Source: Podospora anserina (lineage: Eukaryota). From it: 64,000 bases of DNA. The translations under genes were made by a program, and so were the position numbers. How positions within the stretch are numbered: the stretch's first letter is position 1; the number at the start of each line of letters is the position of its first letter. Location of the stretch: the NCBI GenBank assembly GCA_017654855.1, contig CM030332.1, positions 4,154,001 through 4,218,000 of the forward strand. The letters are read 5' to 3'. Below the pieces are notes generated by a model. The model was not told the origin of the DNA. It saw only the letters and a list, made by a program, of their open reading frames with translations, and did not search any database. Below, piece by piece: positions 33,609 through 45,628 of this stretch.

Positions 33609-36600
33609 TGAGAGCAGGGACATGAGTGCGATTGCTGGCGGGCCCAGCTCTCTTGGTACCGGAGCCTTGTGGGAACGATGGAGGTACCTTCGGCCGACCG
33701 AGGTCCTCAGAAGCCCCGCATCAGTCCCATCCATATAACCGGGATGACAACGACATTTCTCGTGGCTATTCAGACAACGCAGGACAAAAGATGATTGATA
33801 ACCTGGGCAAGATGGAATTTAACACGGATCTCACGGCATCTATATGCTGGACACCGGCTCTGGTGCGAGCCGAGCAGTCAAACACTCCGACGGAAGCTCA
33901 TGAGCAGTCAGAGAGCTCCCCAGAGCTCCAAGGCTCCAGAGGCAGCTTGACGGCGCAACCTCAAGTTTGACGTTGCACACGTTGCGGCACAGGAAAATGC
34001 AACTCTATGGCACGAGGGCAGGGTGTACATACCGCAAACCCCCGACTGAAGAGGACCCTGGCATCACGGTGCGTCTGGGCCGTGCAGTCCAGAGGCAAAG
34101 CGAGCTGTGCCCAAGAAGCGGATGAGTCTGTCGATCACTTCTGCACCTGTCTCTTTTCAGTCAGTCGGGCCCGTTCTGCTATAAACACGGACGGCATGGC
34201 TTGCTCGCCAGGACATGCAGGTCCGTATCACTCATACCACAATCTCCTCCGAGCAGTGACAATGGCACGGTAGGAATCGTGGCTCCAAACCTGAAATATT
34301 GCGCTGCTCTTTCTCTTGCTGCTGACAGCGTCGAGTTCCATGTCGTGGAACCTCAGTTGTCCCATACAGCTTGTTGGAGAGCCAACCTGGGCTCGAAAAA
34401 AGCCGGTGAGGCTGATACACATGAGGTAGCATTGGTGTGCGCGTTCGCGAGCGTGCTGGATGTAGCAGTGTATGGACGGGAATGCAAGTTGAGCCAGTCA
34501 GCGCCGGCTCGGGTTGAGCTCTTACCAGCAACACGGACGATGGCCTCCCTTATGTCGAGATCCATGAGGTGGTTTTCCCCAAATGGGATACTGGCTAGAA
34601 CAGAGGATACTCGGCACAATCCGAGTAAGTTGCTGCCCCTTGCTGCCATCCCATCTACATTCCACTCAGTGTGTGTGTGTGTGTGTGCAACATGCAACAC
34701 TCTTTTGACAGAAATGTCCTTGATGCAAGGCTGACCGGGATGCCCTTCAACCACAAAAAGTGCTCGGCCTAGGACTGTACAAAGCAGCTGGAACGCTCGA
34801 GGCTTGCCCTGCGTGAGGCCTTTTGGAACATCCATGCCTCGGATTTTGCGGACCGATCGCCTCGCAGCTTCGAGACTACCGACGGCTCTAACTGTGTGAC
34901 GACAAGCTGCTTCCGAGACAGGTGGACGTGGAGTTCACGGATCTCAGATGAATCCCGCTGAAGATGGTGTTGACGATGATCATTCCGATCTCTGGAAAAG
35001 GCACAGTAGAACTACCAAGCGGACCCTGGAGAAGAAGGTGAAGAAGAACAAGAAGAAGAAGCCTCCGGTCATGGAATTCCTTAAAATGACGCTTGTCCCA
35101 AGAGAGGTCTCTATCATTGATAAAAACCGTGCATAGACGCTTTCCTGAACCAGTCGAAAACCCGACCTCTCTGACCAATCACATGCATAGCGCCACGAGG
35201 CCAGGGTTGGGGATTTTGGTGCTTGTTTCTAACGACACCCTACTGCTTTCTCCTTTCACACCTCAAAGAACCTGAAGCAGAATAGCAACCGACTCTTTGC
35301 TCCTCCCTGGAGAAGCAGTGGGCACTGACTGCATGGCGATACCACCTCGAGACCACGTTTCCAAGTGAACAACACGGCAAACGCCGGGGCATCAACGCCT
35401 ATCGACGAGGATATTGCGTTCATGCGGATCCTGCGGCATTTCCATCATCTCGAGATATCAAGAGACCTTCACTGATGAGGTCAGCCTGCAGTTGGTCCTG
35501 GTAATGTACCGTCATCTACCCTATCTTTGTTACTTTTACAGTATCAGCTGAGTCCTCGGGAGCTGCAGTAAATCGTACGCAAGCGCTGGTTCCTATCTGT
35601 ACTTTTACACAGCCAGGACTGGTCGTCTGATCAGAGTGCTTTCGTCATTTGTCTCAGAAGGATAGGGGATCACATGAATAGTCACAGGTTCGAGGTGGCT
35701 CATGTGGTTTCTGGCCAGAGAATGGAATGCTACCATTATCCACTAGAAACATCTCTAGTTGGCTTACAGCTTATCCCGAACCTGAAACCTCATCGGGCCT
35801 AAAGACGGGTACGTCAAGCAGTGTGGCCACACTGATCTCAACTACTACGGATCCTCGCATACAGAAGTTGATTAATGAAGCCCCAGGTTAACGTAGCTAC
35901 AGCAGGACTGCAGGATGATAGGCCAGGAGACCGACAAAGGTATCATTCTCATGCCTACCTCCAACCTCAGGCCCACAACTATCTTCCGTCAGCTGCCAAA
36001 TATTGGCCGCTCCTTGCGCTCCCATTGGCAGACCATCAGGCGGAAACAAGAATTTGCGCCACGGCTGAGACCTTGATCTCAAGCAAATAGCGGTAGATAT
36101 CGGGGGCCTCACAGAACCGTGGCGGAAGACCGGTCGTTGTTCGAGTGGCCCGGGTCATCCGGGAGTCGTACTGTGGCCACTGTTCGCCCAATGAGGCAGA
36201 AACGAACGAGGAACTTCGAGCCTTGCCGGGGGTTGTCTGGTTCGTGTGCTGCACAATGTTACTTGTCTAGGACCAGGACAGATACATCAAGTTCAAGGTC
36301 GAAATCTACAATCATCGTAACGGTTGTGCCTCCGAGATCAAGCCGCACCAGGTACAGGCAGGCTTAACTCTATCGGGATCTCGCAAAAGGAAAAACAATC
36401 AAACACGCAGGAACACGACCCCGGGCGTTTCCCATGGCGTCTTCGGTCCAGAGGAGGTGGTCGCTCTTCTGCTGGACCTTGTGTTCCTTTCGGGTTAGGT
36501 CTCTGACTGTCTGATCTGGACAAGCCCCCCAGTATTACTATATCGAAATCTGAAATCGCAGGCAGTGAAGCGTCACGCCATGTGACGCATGCTTCTGACA

Positions 36601-39446
36601 CACAGTTAAGAGTAGAATTATTCAGTTCTTCTGGAGTAGTTCTGCAGCGCCCAGCAGTCTGGGGATAGACACAGGACGATCGAGGGAAAGGTGGTGTCCT
36701 CGAAGGACGGCAGATTGGAAATGGAGGGGTCGTCTCGAGAGGCTTGACCCTGGCATCCTTGTCGGGCTGTGGAGAGGAGGGGTGAGTGGGAAGAGAGGGC
36801 CGAGCGACGTGACCGGGATTAAAGTGGATGCTACAAGGATGGAAGCGATTGCACCAGCTGCTGATAGCCTTGGCAGCTCTGTCTCCTTCTCTGATTGGCC
36901 GGCTGCGACGCAATCGTGCCAAGGAGCTGGCGGCACACGGACCACTTGGCTGCAAATCATGGAAACCGTGAAAGTTGATCTCTTGTTGAATTGTGCGCCG
37001 CGAACAAACTTGGGGTGTTCCCGACCCCCCGCCCGACTGCCATCACCACTCCCCTCCCTGGCCTTGGATCTGAAGATTTTCTGCCGTCCGTTGAGGCGCT
37101 GCACTGGAAATATCATTTTACTTTCCCTCTTTGCTGTTGGTTTTACATAATGGGATCCAGCCCGGGCCGGCCACGACGAGGAGGAGCGGCGTTCGCATTT
37201 CCAATGCTGTGCAAGTTTCGAAGCACCTCCACAGCGGCAGATATGCAGCCTGAACTATTTGGAGGGACGGGCACGATCCGGGGGGGCAGAGAAGAAGACG
37301 CACCTGGCGACACACAGTGTACACACCCTCACCATCCTTAGCACCATGGCCGGCGGGAGCCTCCTTGTCCCCAGGCCGTGTCCCCTCTTGGCCATTGCAA
37401 CCTCCTCCCGAAGGCCCTTCCCATGGGCCACTCAAACGATGCTGTTCACGATCTGCCCCAGCGAGTGCGCCATTAGCGAACACTCTCTTCCCCTCTCAAG
37501 CATGACCTTCATTTTTCCTTGCAGCGCTGGGCGCGGGCGTTCGGTTCTTGTGGCTTTCTAAACGCGCAGAATCCTTCTCGGCCCACCCTGACTGGCACAC
37601 ACACCTTTTCAAAGGCCACGCACCCTCCAGAGCACCTACACACACCTCCCCCAGCTGCACTCGCGGGTTCCATGTAAGTCATCCGCTGGTAGACACCACT
37701 ATCTCGAACGGCATCAGAGAGAGACCCACCTGGGATCAACGAGAGAGACAGGCCTTCATAGGTCGGAACGCTTCTTTCCATGTACCGAAGCAGAGCTGCT
37801 GTCACAGCTCCTGTGTTCTTTGCCAGATCCACGGATCTATCACTCCAACTCGCGTACTCCCGGACCCATTCCGAGTATACCCACTCCAGATGCTGCTCGA
37901 GCCCAGAACCAAGGCCCGCTGCTTCCAGGAAACGAGGACGGGATTGGCATCGACGGGCGCTAAAGCAGCATGCTTCAGCAGGCATGGAGGTATCCAATGA
38001 CCAGTCCGGCCTATGTCACCATCCACAGAAACAGATTTCCCTCGAGAGCATGAGGGAGCGTTCAAAGTTACCAAGATGCTTCGTTCAAGGAATTTCCCAT
38101 AACGTATCGTCATCTCAGTCGAATCCAAACGGTGCCGAGCATGCAAGATATCGATAGAGGAAACCGCCCGGCTAGCTACCCCTCTTGACCCTCGTCTCGC
38201 TTTTCCATCCGACTCGGCTTATGTATACACCCGAGGCGCAGATGGGCGCGCACCTATCCGGCCGCCGCCCACTTTGCTGCAGCTGGGTCTGTGGATGAGG
38301 CCAGGGGAAACTTCAAGAGACGCGAGATATCCTCTTTTGGGATTGTGATGCCGCGGCCTGTGTCTCTCGCTTACGCATTGCGTTTTCGACACACACGGCC
38401 TCTCGCCACGGAGAAACCAATGCGGCGATTGTGTCTTGAGTTCTTCAACTTTGAGAGGGGGTTCTACCTCGCGGGTGGATTTGGCTGCTTGACGACCTCT
38501 TCCAGATACTGTTGCCAAAGGCGGGGCAAGGTCGAAGCTCTGGAAGTTGTTTCGGCAACTTATCTTATCATGTTGTTGTGTCTGCTTGCTATTTTTGGAA
38601 GGCGGGGAATGGGGGATCAAGTTGATCAAGTGTTCGGCTGTCGCAATCTGACGACGGCCCAACGAGCGGCCGGACAAGACAAGGGCCTTGATGACCCCTT
38701 CTTGGGTCCGACCGAAGCATGTCTCTCTCTTGTCACTCCTGCCCGTCGCCAGATAGATCCAAGATTCAAACTGCAGCACAAGCGAACCAAGGGGTTGCAA
38801 TCTGGCAAAATGCGCCGGTTGAATTGGTGCAGATCATATGATGCAGCTTGGGAGTATTTCACTTACAGTGCTTTCTGTCTAGACCGGTGTCATCAAGAGA
38901 GAGCTTGACGCCCGTGGCTGCTGTAATTTGTGATGCATCTCCGGGTACCGACGCGGCCTTTTGGTGGTGAAAGTTCTTTGCTGATGTTGCTTCCAGCATG
39001 GCTGGGAGATTTGTTGGATTACACAGTATGGACAGTAAGCTGTGATATTGAAGTGCTGTGTACCCGGTGCCAGAGTGCTGTAGACGGACACTTAGACCTG
39101 CAGTGCAACAGATATCGGCCAGGTAATCTGATATGCCACCAACAAACATGGGTGTCAACAGAGTGCGTGAGACGAGAATTCGGACCTAGGTCTGGGCAGG
39201 GGACCTGAACCCCCTCGCACTTTTGAAGAGGATGAAGCTCAGAAGCTGTGGGTGCGTTTTGGGAGGTAGGTGTAGATATTCTCATCGCGACACGAGATGA
39301 GCCTGAGCGGGTCCTATGGGACATCTGAGAGATAAATACTCGGTATCATAACAAACCTTCAAAAAACAACCAATAGTTATGTCCCACTCAGGATGTCGTC
39401 GTCGTCGGCTGCCCGCATTACCCCGCGGCAGGCGCTTGTGAGGCGC

Positions 39447-39456
39447 TATCGATAAG
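39447..39456. promoter_or_regulatory. TATCGATAAG, putative ribosome-biogenesis promoter motif upstream of DIS3
   Basis: CGATAAG about 210 bp upstream of the ATG; the same motif is clustered upstream of NUG1. Confidence 0.5.
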
Positions 39457-39666
39457 AGCTATAAGCGCTAAAGCTGCACTGATTGGTCGGAGAAGCGACA
39501 CCAAGGAATTCGACATTGGTAATCGCAACCTCTCCATCAAAAATTCACCAAACCACAGCAACCATCAACGAATTTTCAAGGCGACCCCTTCAAACCAGAA
39601 GACAGGAAGAAACGAATTTGTCTTGAAAACCCACAGTCGGCACAACAGAGAAAACAAATTTAGGAA

Positions 39667-42600
39667 ATGGCGAGTCTAAAACGGTCGGTCGAGTCGGACC
39701 CTCTCGCGGCCAACATCTCGAATAAGATCTATGTGAGATCCACCAAGAGCGGCAAGGTCCAAAAAATCGTCCGCGAGGTCTACCTCCGTCGGGACATCCC
39801 ATGTTCTTCCAAGCTGTGTCGGGAGTGCCAGCATCAGATGCTCATTCCGAAAGATGCCTTGGGCAAGCGTGAGCGTTTCTCATACCCTCTGTTTCACAGG
39901 CTCATCTCATCGCTAACCATCGTCATCTTAGCGATCCCATTTGTCCTCTCAGACTCACCGGCGGGGACAAAGGTCTTCCCCCAGGGGCACTACCTGGTAC
40001 CAGACACCAATGCCTTTCTCACAGCCATGGACCTTTTCGAGCAGGAGTCTGCTTTTTACGACGTGATTGTCCTGCAGATTGTGCTCGAGGAGCTGAGGAA
40101 CAGGTCGCTCCCGCTGTACAACCGGCTCATCAGCCTGACCAAGAGCGAGGACAAGAGGTTTTATGTCTTTTTCAACGAGTTCCGACTCGAGACTCATGTG
40201 CCCCGTTTGGAGGGCGAGACGGTCAATGACCGAAACGATCGTGCGGTGAGGAGGGCGGTGGCGTGGTATGGCGAGCATCTGGCCCGTATCAAGGGGAAGG
40301 ATGCCCCTTCTATTGTCATGCTGAGCAACGATCGGGATAATTTGAAGAAGGCCAAGCAGGAGGGGATTCACGCTTGTTCGTTGGCGGATTATGTCAGGCA
40401 GTTGAAGGATGGGGAGAAGTTGCTGGATATGATTCCTGAGACGCAGGATCGGGATCAGATCAAGGAGAAGAGGCCGGGGGATAACTTGTATCCCGAGTAC
40501 TTCAGCATGTCGAAGATGATGACGGGGGTGAAGAGCAATTTCCTTCATCAGGGCATCTTCAATGTGTCGCCGTACAATTATTTGGAGGGGTCCATTAGGG
40601 TACCGGCTTTCCCCAAGGCGTTGCTTATTCTGGGGCGGGAGAACATCAACCGTGCTGTTGATGGTGACTTGGTTGTGGTGGAGGTACTGCCTAAGGATCA
40701 GTGGAAGGAGCCATCTACGCAAGTCATCGAGGAGGATGCCATCACGAAGAACGAGAACCCAGATGCCGAAGAGTCTGATGACTTTGTTTCGGAAAGGGAA
40801 CGCAAGGCACTGCAGGAGGAGGTCAAGAGAACACACAGCAAGACGACGGAAGGACATGCTCAGCCGACTGCAAAGGTTGTCGGTGTGATCAAGCGGAATT
40901 GGCGTCAATATGTCGGACATATCGATCAGTCCTCCGTCAGCCAGTCGGCGCAACAAGGAAGGAAACAAGACAGTGTTTTCGTTATCCCTATGGACAAGAA
41001 GATCCCCAAGATCCGCCTCCGCACCAGACAGGTCTCCGAACTTCTCGGAAAGCGCATCTTGGTCACGATCGATGCTTGGGACCGCAGCTCTCGCCACCCG
41101 TCCGGCCACTTTGTGCGCTCTCTCGGTGAACTGGAGACGAAGGCTGCCGAGACAGAAGCCCTGCTCCTGGAGTACGACGTTCAGTACCGGCCTTTCCCCA
41201 AGACCGTCCTCGACTGTCTGCCCAAGGAAGGTCACGACTGGCGGGTGCCACAGAGTCTCGAGGATCCAGGCTGGAAAGACCGCCAGGATCTCAGAGATCT
41301 CTTGATTTGCAGTATTGACCCCATCGGGTGCCAAGATATCGACGACGCTCTTCATTCGCGGCCTCTACCTAATGGCAACTTTGAGGTTGGAGTCCACATC
41401 GCCGATGTTTCACATTTCGTCAAGCCCGGCAACGCCATGGACGCCGAGGCGAGCATTCGTGGCACCACAGTCTACTTGGTCGACAAGCGTATCGACATGC
41501 TTCCGATGCTTCTCGGTACCGACCTCTGCTCTCTCAAGCCCTACGTCGAGCGCTATGCGTTCTCGGTCATTTGGGAGATGACCTCTGATGCCGACATCGT
41601 GGGCTCCCGCTTCACCAAGTCTGTCATCAAGTCACGTGAAGCCTTCAGCTACGAACAAGCGCAGTTGAGGGTGGACGACAGCTCTCAACAGGACGAGCTC
41701 ACCACCAGCATCAGAACTCTCTTGGCTCTCTCGAAGAAGCTCAAGCAGAAGCGTCTCGATGCCGGTGCCTTGTCCCTCTCCTCCCCAGAGGTCAAGGTGC
41801 AAATGGAGTCCGAGACCTCAGACCCCATCGACGTCAAGACCAAGGTCCATCTCGACACCATGTCCCTCGTCGAAGAGTTCATGCTTCTCGCCAACACCTC
41901 GGTCGCCAGAAGGATATACGAAGCCTTCCCCCAAACCGCCATCCTCCGCCGCCACGGCGCGCCCCCCAAGACCAACTTTGACGAACTTGCCAACCAGCTC
42001 AAGGTCAAGCGCGGCCTCGACCTCAGCGTCGAATCCTCCCGCGCCCTGGCCGACAGTCTCGACCGCTGCGTCGACGAAAAGGAGCCCTTCTTCAACACCT
42101 TGGTGCGCATCATGGCCACCCGCTGCATGATGTCGGCCGAGTACTTTTGCTCCGGCACGCAGGCCTACCCCGAGTTCCGCCACTACGGTCTCGCGTCCGA
42201 AATCTACACGCACTTCACCTCGCCCATCCGCCGGTACGCCGATCTGATGGCCCACCGTCAGCTCGCCGCGGCGATCGAATACGAGGCCATCCACCCCAGC
42301 ACGCGCAGCAGGGGCAAGCTCGAGGCTGTGTGCAAGAATATCAATGTCAGGCACCGGAACGCGCAGCTGGCGGGGAGGGCGAGCATTGCTTACTATGTCG
42401 GCCAGGCGCTCCGCGGCAAGGCGACGGAGGAGGACGGGTTCGTCATGAAGATTTTTAGCAACGGGTTTGTGGTTTTGGTGCCGAGGTTTGGGATTGAGAG
42501 TTTGATAAGGCTGAGGGATCTGGCTGAGACGGAGCCGCAGGCCGAGTTTGACGCGGAGAATTATGTGCTGCGGGTCAGTGGGAGTAGGGAGGTGAGGGTG

Positions 42601-42696
42601 GAGCTGTTCCAGAAGGTGAGGGTGAGGGTGACGGATCAGAAGGATGAGACGACGGGGAAGAGGGGGGTGAGGATGGAGTTGGTCAAGACCTATTAG
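39667..42696 (+). CDS. DIS3: Exosome catalytic subunit Dis3/Rrp44; exons 39667-39868 and 39932-42696
   Basis: CR3 motif (REVYLRRDIPCSS..C..C), PIN domain (PDTN, NDRNDRAVR), RNB domain (SIDPIGCQDIDDALH, HFTSPIRRYAD). Intron 39869-39931 (GTGAGC..GCTAAC..TAG). Confidence 0.97.
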   Translation: MASLKRSVESDPLAANISNKIYVRSTKSGKVQKIVREVYLRRDIPCSSKLCRECQHQMLIPKDALGKRERFSYPLFHRLISSLTIVILAIPFVLSDSPAGTKVFPQGHYLVPDTNAFLTAMDLFEQESAFYDVIVLQIVLEELRNRSLPLYNRLISLTKSEDKRFYVFFNEFRLETHVPRLEGETVNDRNDRAVRRAVAWYGEHLARIKGKDAPSIVMLSNDRDNLKKAKQEGIHACSLADYVRQLKDGEKLLDMIPETQDRDQIKEKRPGDNLYPEYFSMSKMMTGVKSNFLHQGIFNVSPYNYLEGSIRVPAFPKALLILGRENINRAVDGDLVVVEVLPKDQWKEPSTQVIEEDAITKNENPDAEESDDFVSERERKALQEEVKRTHSKTTEGHAQPTAKVVGVIKRNWRQYVGHIDQSSVSQSAQQGRKQDSVFVIPMDKKIPKIRLRTRQVSELLGKRILVTIDAWDRSSRHPSGHFVRSLGELETKAAETEALLLEYDVQYRPFPKTVLDCLPKEGHDWRVPQSLEDPGWKDRQDLRDLLICSIDPIGCQDIDDALHSRPLPNGNFEVGVHIADVSHFVKPGNAMDAEASIRGTTVYLVDKRIDMLPMLLGTDLCSLKPYVERYAFSVIWEMTSDADIVGSRFTKSVIKSREAFSYEQAQLRVDDSSQQDELTTSIRTLLALSKKLKQKRLDAGALSLSSPEVKVQMESETSDPIDVKTKVHLDTMSLVEEFMLLANTSVARRIYEAFPQTAILRRHGAPPKTNFDELANQLKVKRGLDLSVESSRALADSLDRCVDEKEPFFNTLVRIMATRCMMSAEYFCSGTQAYPEFRHYGLASEIYTHFTSPIRRYADLMAHRQLAAAIEYEAIHPSTRSRGKLEAVCKNINVRHRNAQLAGRASIAYYVGQALRGKATEEDGFVMKIFSNGFVVLVPRFGIESLIRLRDLAETEPQAEFDAENYVLRVSGSREVRVELFQKVRVRVTDQKDETTGKRGVRMELVKTY

Positions 42697-43051
42697 ATGG
42701 TGGGGGAAAAGGAAGGTTACTGTAGGGAAGTGGTAAAAGAGTAAACCAGGGTACATGTATGGTTGTTTTCTTCTCTGGACCAATTTTCCTGCGTTTTCGT
42801 AGTTCTTTGAGAGATTCGGATATCGTATTTTCCATCATGCTAAACAAGAAAACGACATCAAAGGCCACAAAAGTACATAATATACCATCTTTCATTCATT
42901 TAAACCCCCCAGTTTTTGTTTCTCTCTTCTCTCTCTCTCTCTCGACGCCAAAACGCCTTTGTGCCACTTAACGAAACAAGAAAGCTGAATGAACCGCCCT
43001 GCAAAATAAATGCCAACTGAACCGAAAGATAAAGAAAAGAAAAAAAGGTAT

Positions 43052-44784
43052 CTATTCCATCTCAACCTCATTACCCCCCTCCTCCTGCGCACCAGCCTTC
43101 ATGCTGGCCCACAAGCCCTCCAAGTTGAACTCGTGCGCCCACTCGGTGACAATCTTCTTCTGATCGGCACCCACCTCCTCGTTGGCAATCTTGGCCGGCC
43201 CCTTCGCCGAAGCAGCCGGGGCGCCGGTCTGAACCGCTGGTGGGACAGCCGACCAGCCCTGGATTCTGCCGTCTCTCCAGTCTGTCACCACCGTCATGGC
43301 AGCAGCCTGGATGTTGGGAACACCGCCCCTCCCGAGACGTCCTCTCTTCCTCGCGACCTGGACAAGAAAGTCGGTTGTCGAGTCTCCGCTCTCGGGGTTG
43401 ATGAGAAGAGGGGGGAGGTCGTAGAGCTGAATCATCTTCTCGAGAAGCTCTGGCTGGGCAGAGAGGCGCTTGAGGAGGAGGGTGACGGCCGGAACCGGGT
43501 CGTCAATTTGCTTTGGTGGGACGGCGTTGAGGAGGACGAGGTGGGCGTGGGCTTCGGTTGGGTTCTTGGGGGTGAAGCTGGAGATGGAGCCGGTAGAGGG
43601 GAAGACGATACCGGGGGAATCGAGGAGGGTGAGCTTCTGGTCGATCTTGACGGCGCGGATAGAGGTCGTGACACCGGCTTCGGCACCGGCGGGGCAAGGG
43701 GCGCGGTTGTTGCGGCCACCGAGACGGGAGAGGAGAGCGTTGATGACGCTGGACTTTCCGACATTGGGGTAGCCGATGACACCAACCGAGATGGCGCGCT
43801 TGAGGTTGCGTGACGCGGCATAAGACTTGAGCGCCTTGAAGAGGGCAGAGGAGGTGCTCTGAACGGTGATATCGCGGTGATTGAAGACGTGCGCATTGGG
43901 CGCAGGGTTGGAGGCGCGGAGAGGGAGGGTAGGGAAGAAGCGACGGAGATGGGCGAGCCAAGCGCGGAGAACTGGTGAGGGGATCAGGTCGACCTTGTTG
44001 AGAATGAAGATGAGACGCTTGCCGCCGCTAGCAGCAGCCATCACGGCCTTCTCAACATCGCGCGAGCGGGTGCCTTCGGGGTCGCGGGCGTCGAGAACGT
44101 AGAGAACAACGTCGGCTTGGTCAACAACTTGCTTGAAGACCTTGTCGAAGGCCTTGCGGGACGAAGCACCGCCTGGAACCTCGATCGCGCCAGACTCCTC
44201 ATCATCGGAAGAATCATCCTCATCGTCGTCCATCTCGTCGTCGTCGCCGCTCTCCAGCTCCTTGTCATACTGCTCGGCCGCTTTCCTGGCGCTGCGAATG
44301 AGAGCCGCAAGAGGGTTGGAGTCGTCCCCCTCGCTGTCGTCATCGTCCTCATCGACCATCATGGAATCCTCCTCGAGTCCCTCAAACTCTTCGTCGTCGT
44401 CCATGCGATTCTCGTCCTTGTTCTCCTCAGATCCGGCGGCCTTGGCAGCCTTGAGCATCTCTTTTCTGCGCTTCTGCTCCTCAGCTTTCCTGATGCGGTC
44501 CTCCTCGATCTGGTTCAACAGCTTCTCCTTGTAAGGGAACAGGTTGGGGATGCCGGGGTCCTTCTTGAGCTTGCTCTTCCATTGCGGGTTCTTCTTGGCT
44601 TCCTTCTTCGCCTTGCGCTGCTTCGCGGCCGAGGCCTTCTGAATCTTGTGCCTCAAGCGAACGGGAGTGCGCTTGGATTTCGGCTCTGTAGGGTTCGGGC
44701 GGGTTAGAAAAGATCAATTGGCAATAGATCGAGGAGATAGAGGGGAGAGCGCATACTTTTCGGTTTGGTTATTGATCCTGCCAT
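43052..44784 (-). CDS. NUG1: Nuclear circularly permuted GTPase Nug1/GNL3 (60S biogenesis); exons 44784-44757 and 44685-43052
   Basis: Basic N-terminus KDPGIPNLFPYKE, DARDP, NKVDL (G4), GYPNVGKSS (G1), DSPG (G3), RGRLGRGG.P. Intron 44756-44686 (GTATGC..CTAAC..CAG). Confidence 0.96.
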
Positions 44785-44923
44785 TTTAACTGATTTAATT
44801 TTATGATCAAAATGGCTTCGATCGTCTGCTTACTTGCCCTGGAGATGGGTCGCAAAGCAGGGCGATTGTAAAAGTTCAAAAAAATTATGGTGGAGCGCTG
44901 ATCCTGCCGCCCCTCACCGCCTA

Positions 44924-44960
44924 CGATAAGACAGAATTGTGCTGCTTATCGTGGTTATCG
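44924..44960. promoter_or_regulatory. Cluster of CGATAAG / CTTATCG / GTTATCG motifs upstream of NUG1
   Basis: CGATAAG 44924-44930, CTTATCG 44945-44951 and GTTATCG 44954-44960, 140-176 bp upstream of the ATG. Confidence 0.55.
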
Positions 44961-45628
44961 GACCCACCGCCCCTCACTGCGTCAATGGCATTGTGGGGTT
45001 GACATCTCGTCGATTCTTCGGATGAACATCTCAAAATCTTTTGTTTCAGTCTTCATTCACTGTCAATGATTCAAGGAATCTCGAGGCTTTGGAGGGTCCC
45101 TGTTGAATACCACATAGTCCCTCAACATGGGTAGTCCATTGATCACTTATATAGTACACACATATGACAGACCTATATAGGCAGCTTCATTCTCACAAGA
45201 TATCTTTCAATTCTCGTGATTCGTCTCTCAAATTAAAGAACGCTGTCTCTGCCTCCGATGGGTCACCCGGTAACCAGAAAAGAAAGCGGAGATGTCCATT
45301 TAGCCACTTCCCAGAGTATTGGGCTCCAACAACGGTCAATCTCACCGCCGAAGAGAAAAAAGTGGAATCTGATGTTTCCTGATTGGGATACTCCGACACT
45401 GGTTGCCGACCCGACCCGACGACGCCGTGGTGGATTTTGATTTGTTTTGGTTCCCATGCCAACTCTTGAAATGCTATCTTGTCTCCCTTCTTTTCCTCTT
45501 GCATTCTGACTCTAACCTGATCAAGTTACATCATTCTGTTTCCTAAAGACTCATCACATATTCTCACCTTGAGAGACTCATCCACACAGTCTTACCACCA
45601 GCCTCAGGTATTGTAACCAAACGTCACA

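Noticed and set aside
39955..42783. 466-aa and 321-aa minus-strand ORFs
   Set aside because: Antisense shadows of DIS3 caused by third-position bias.
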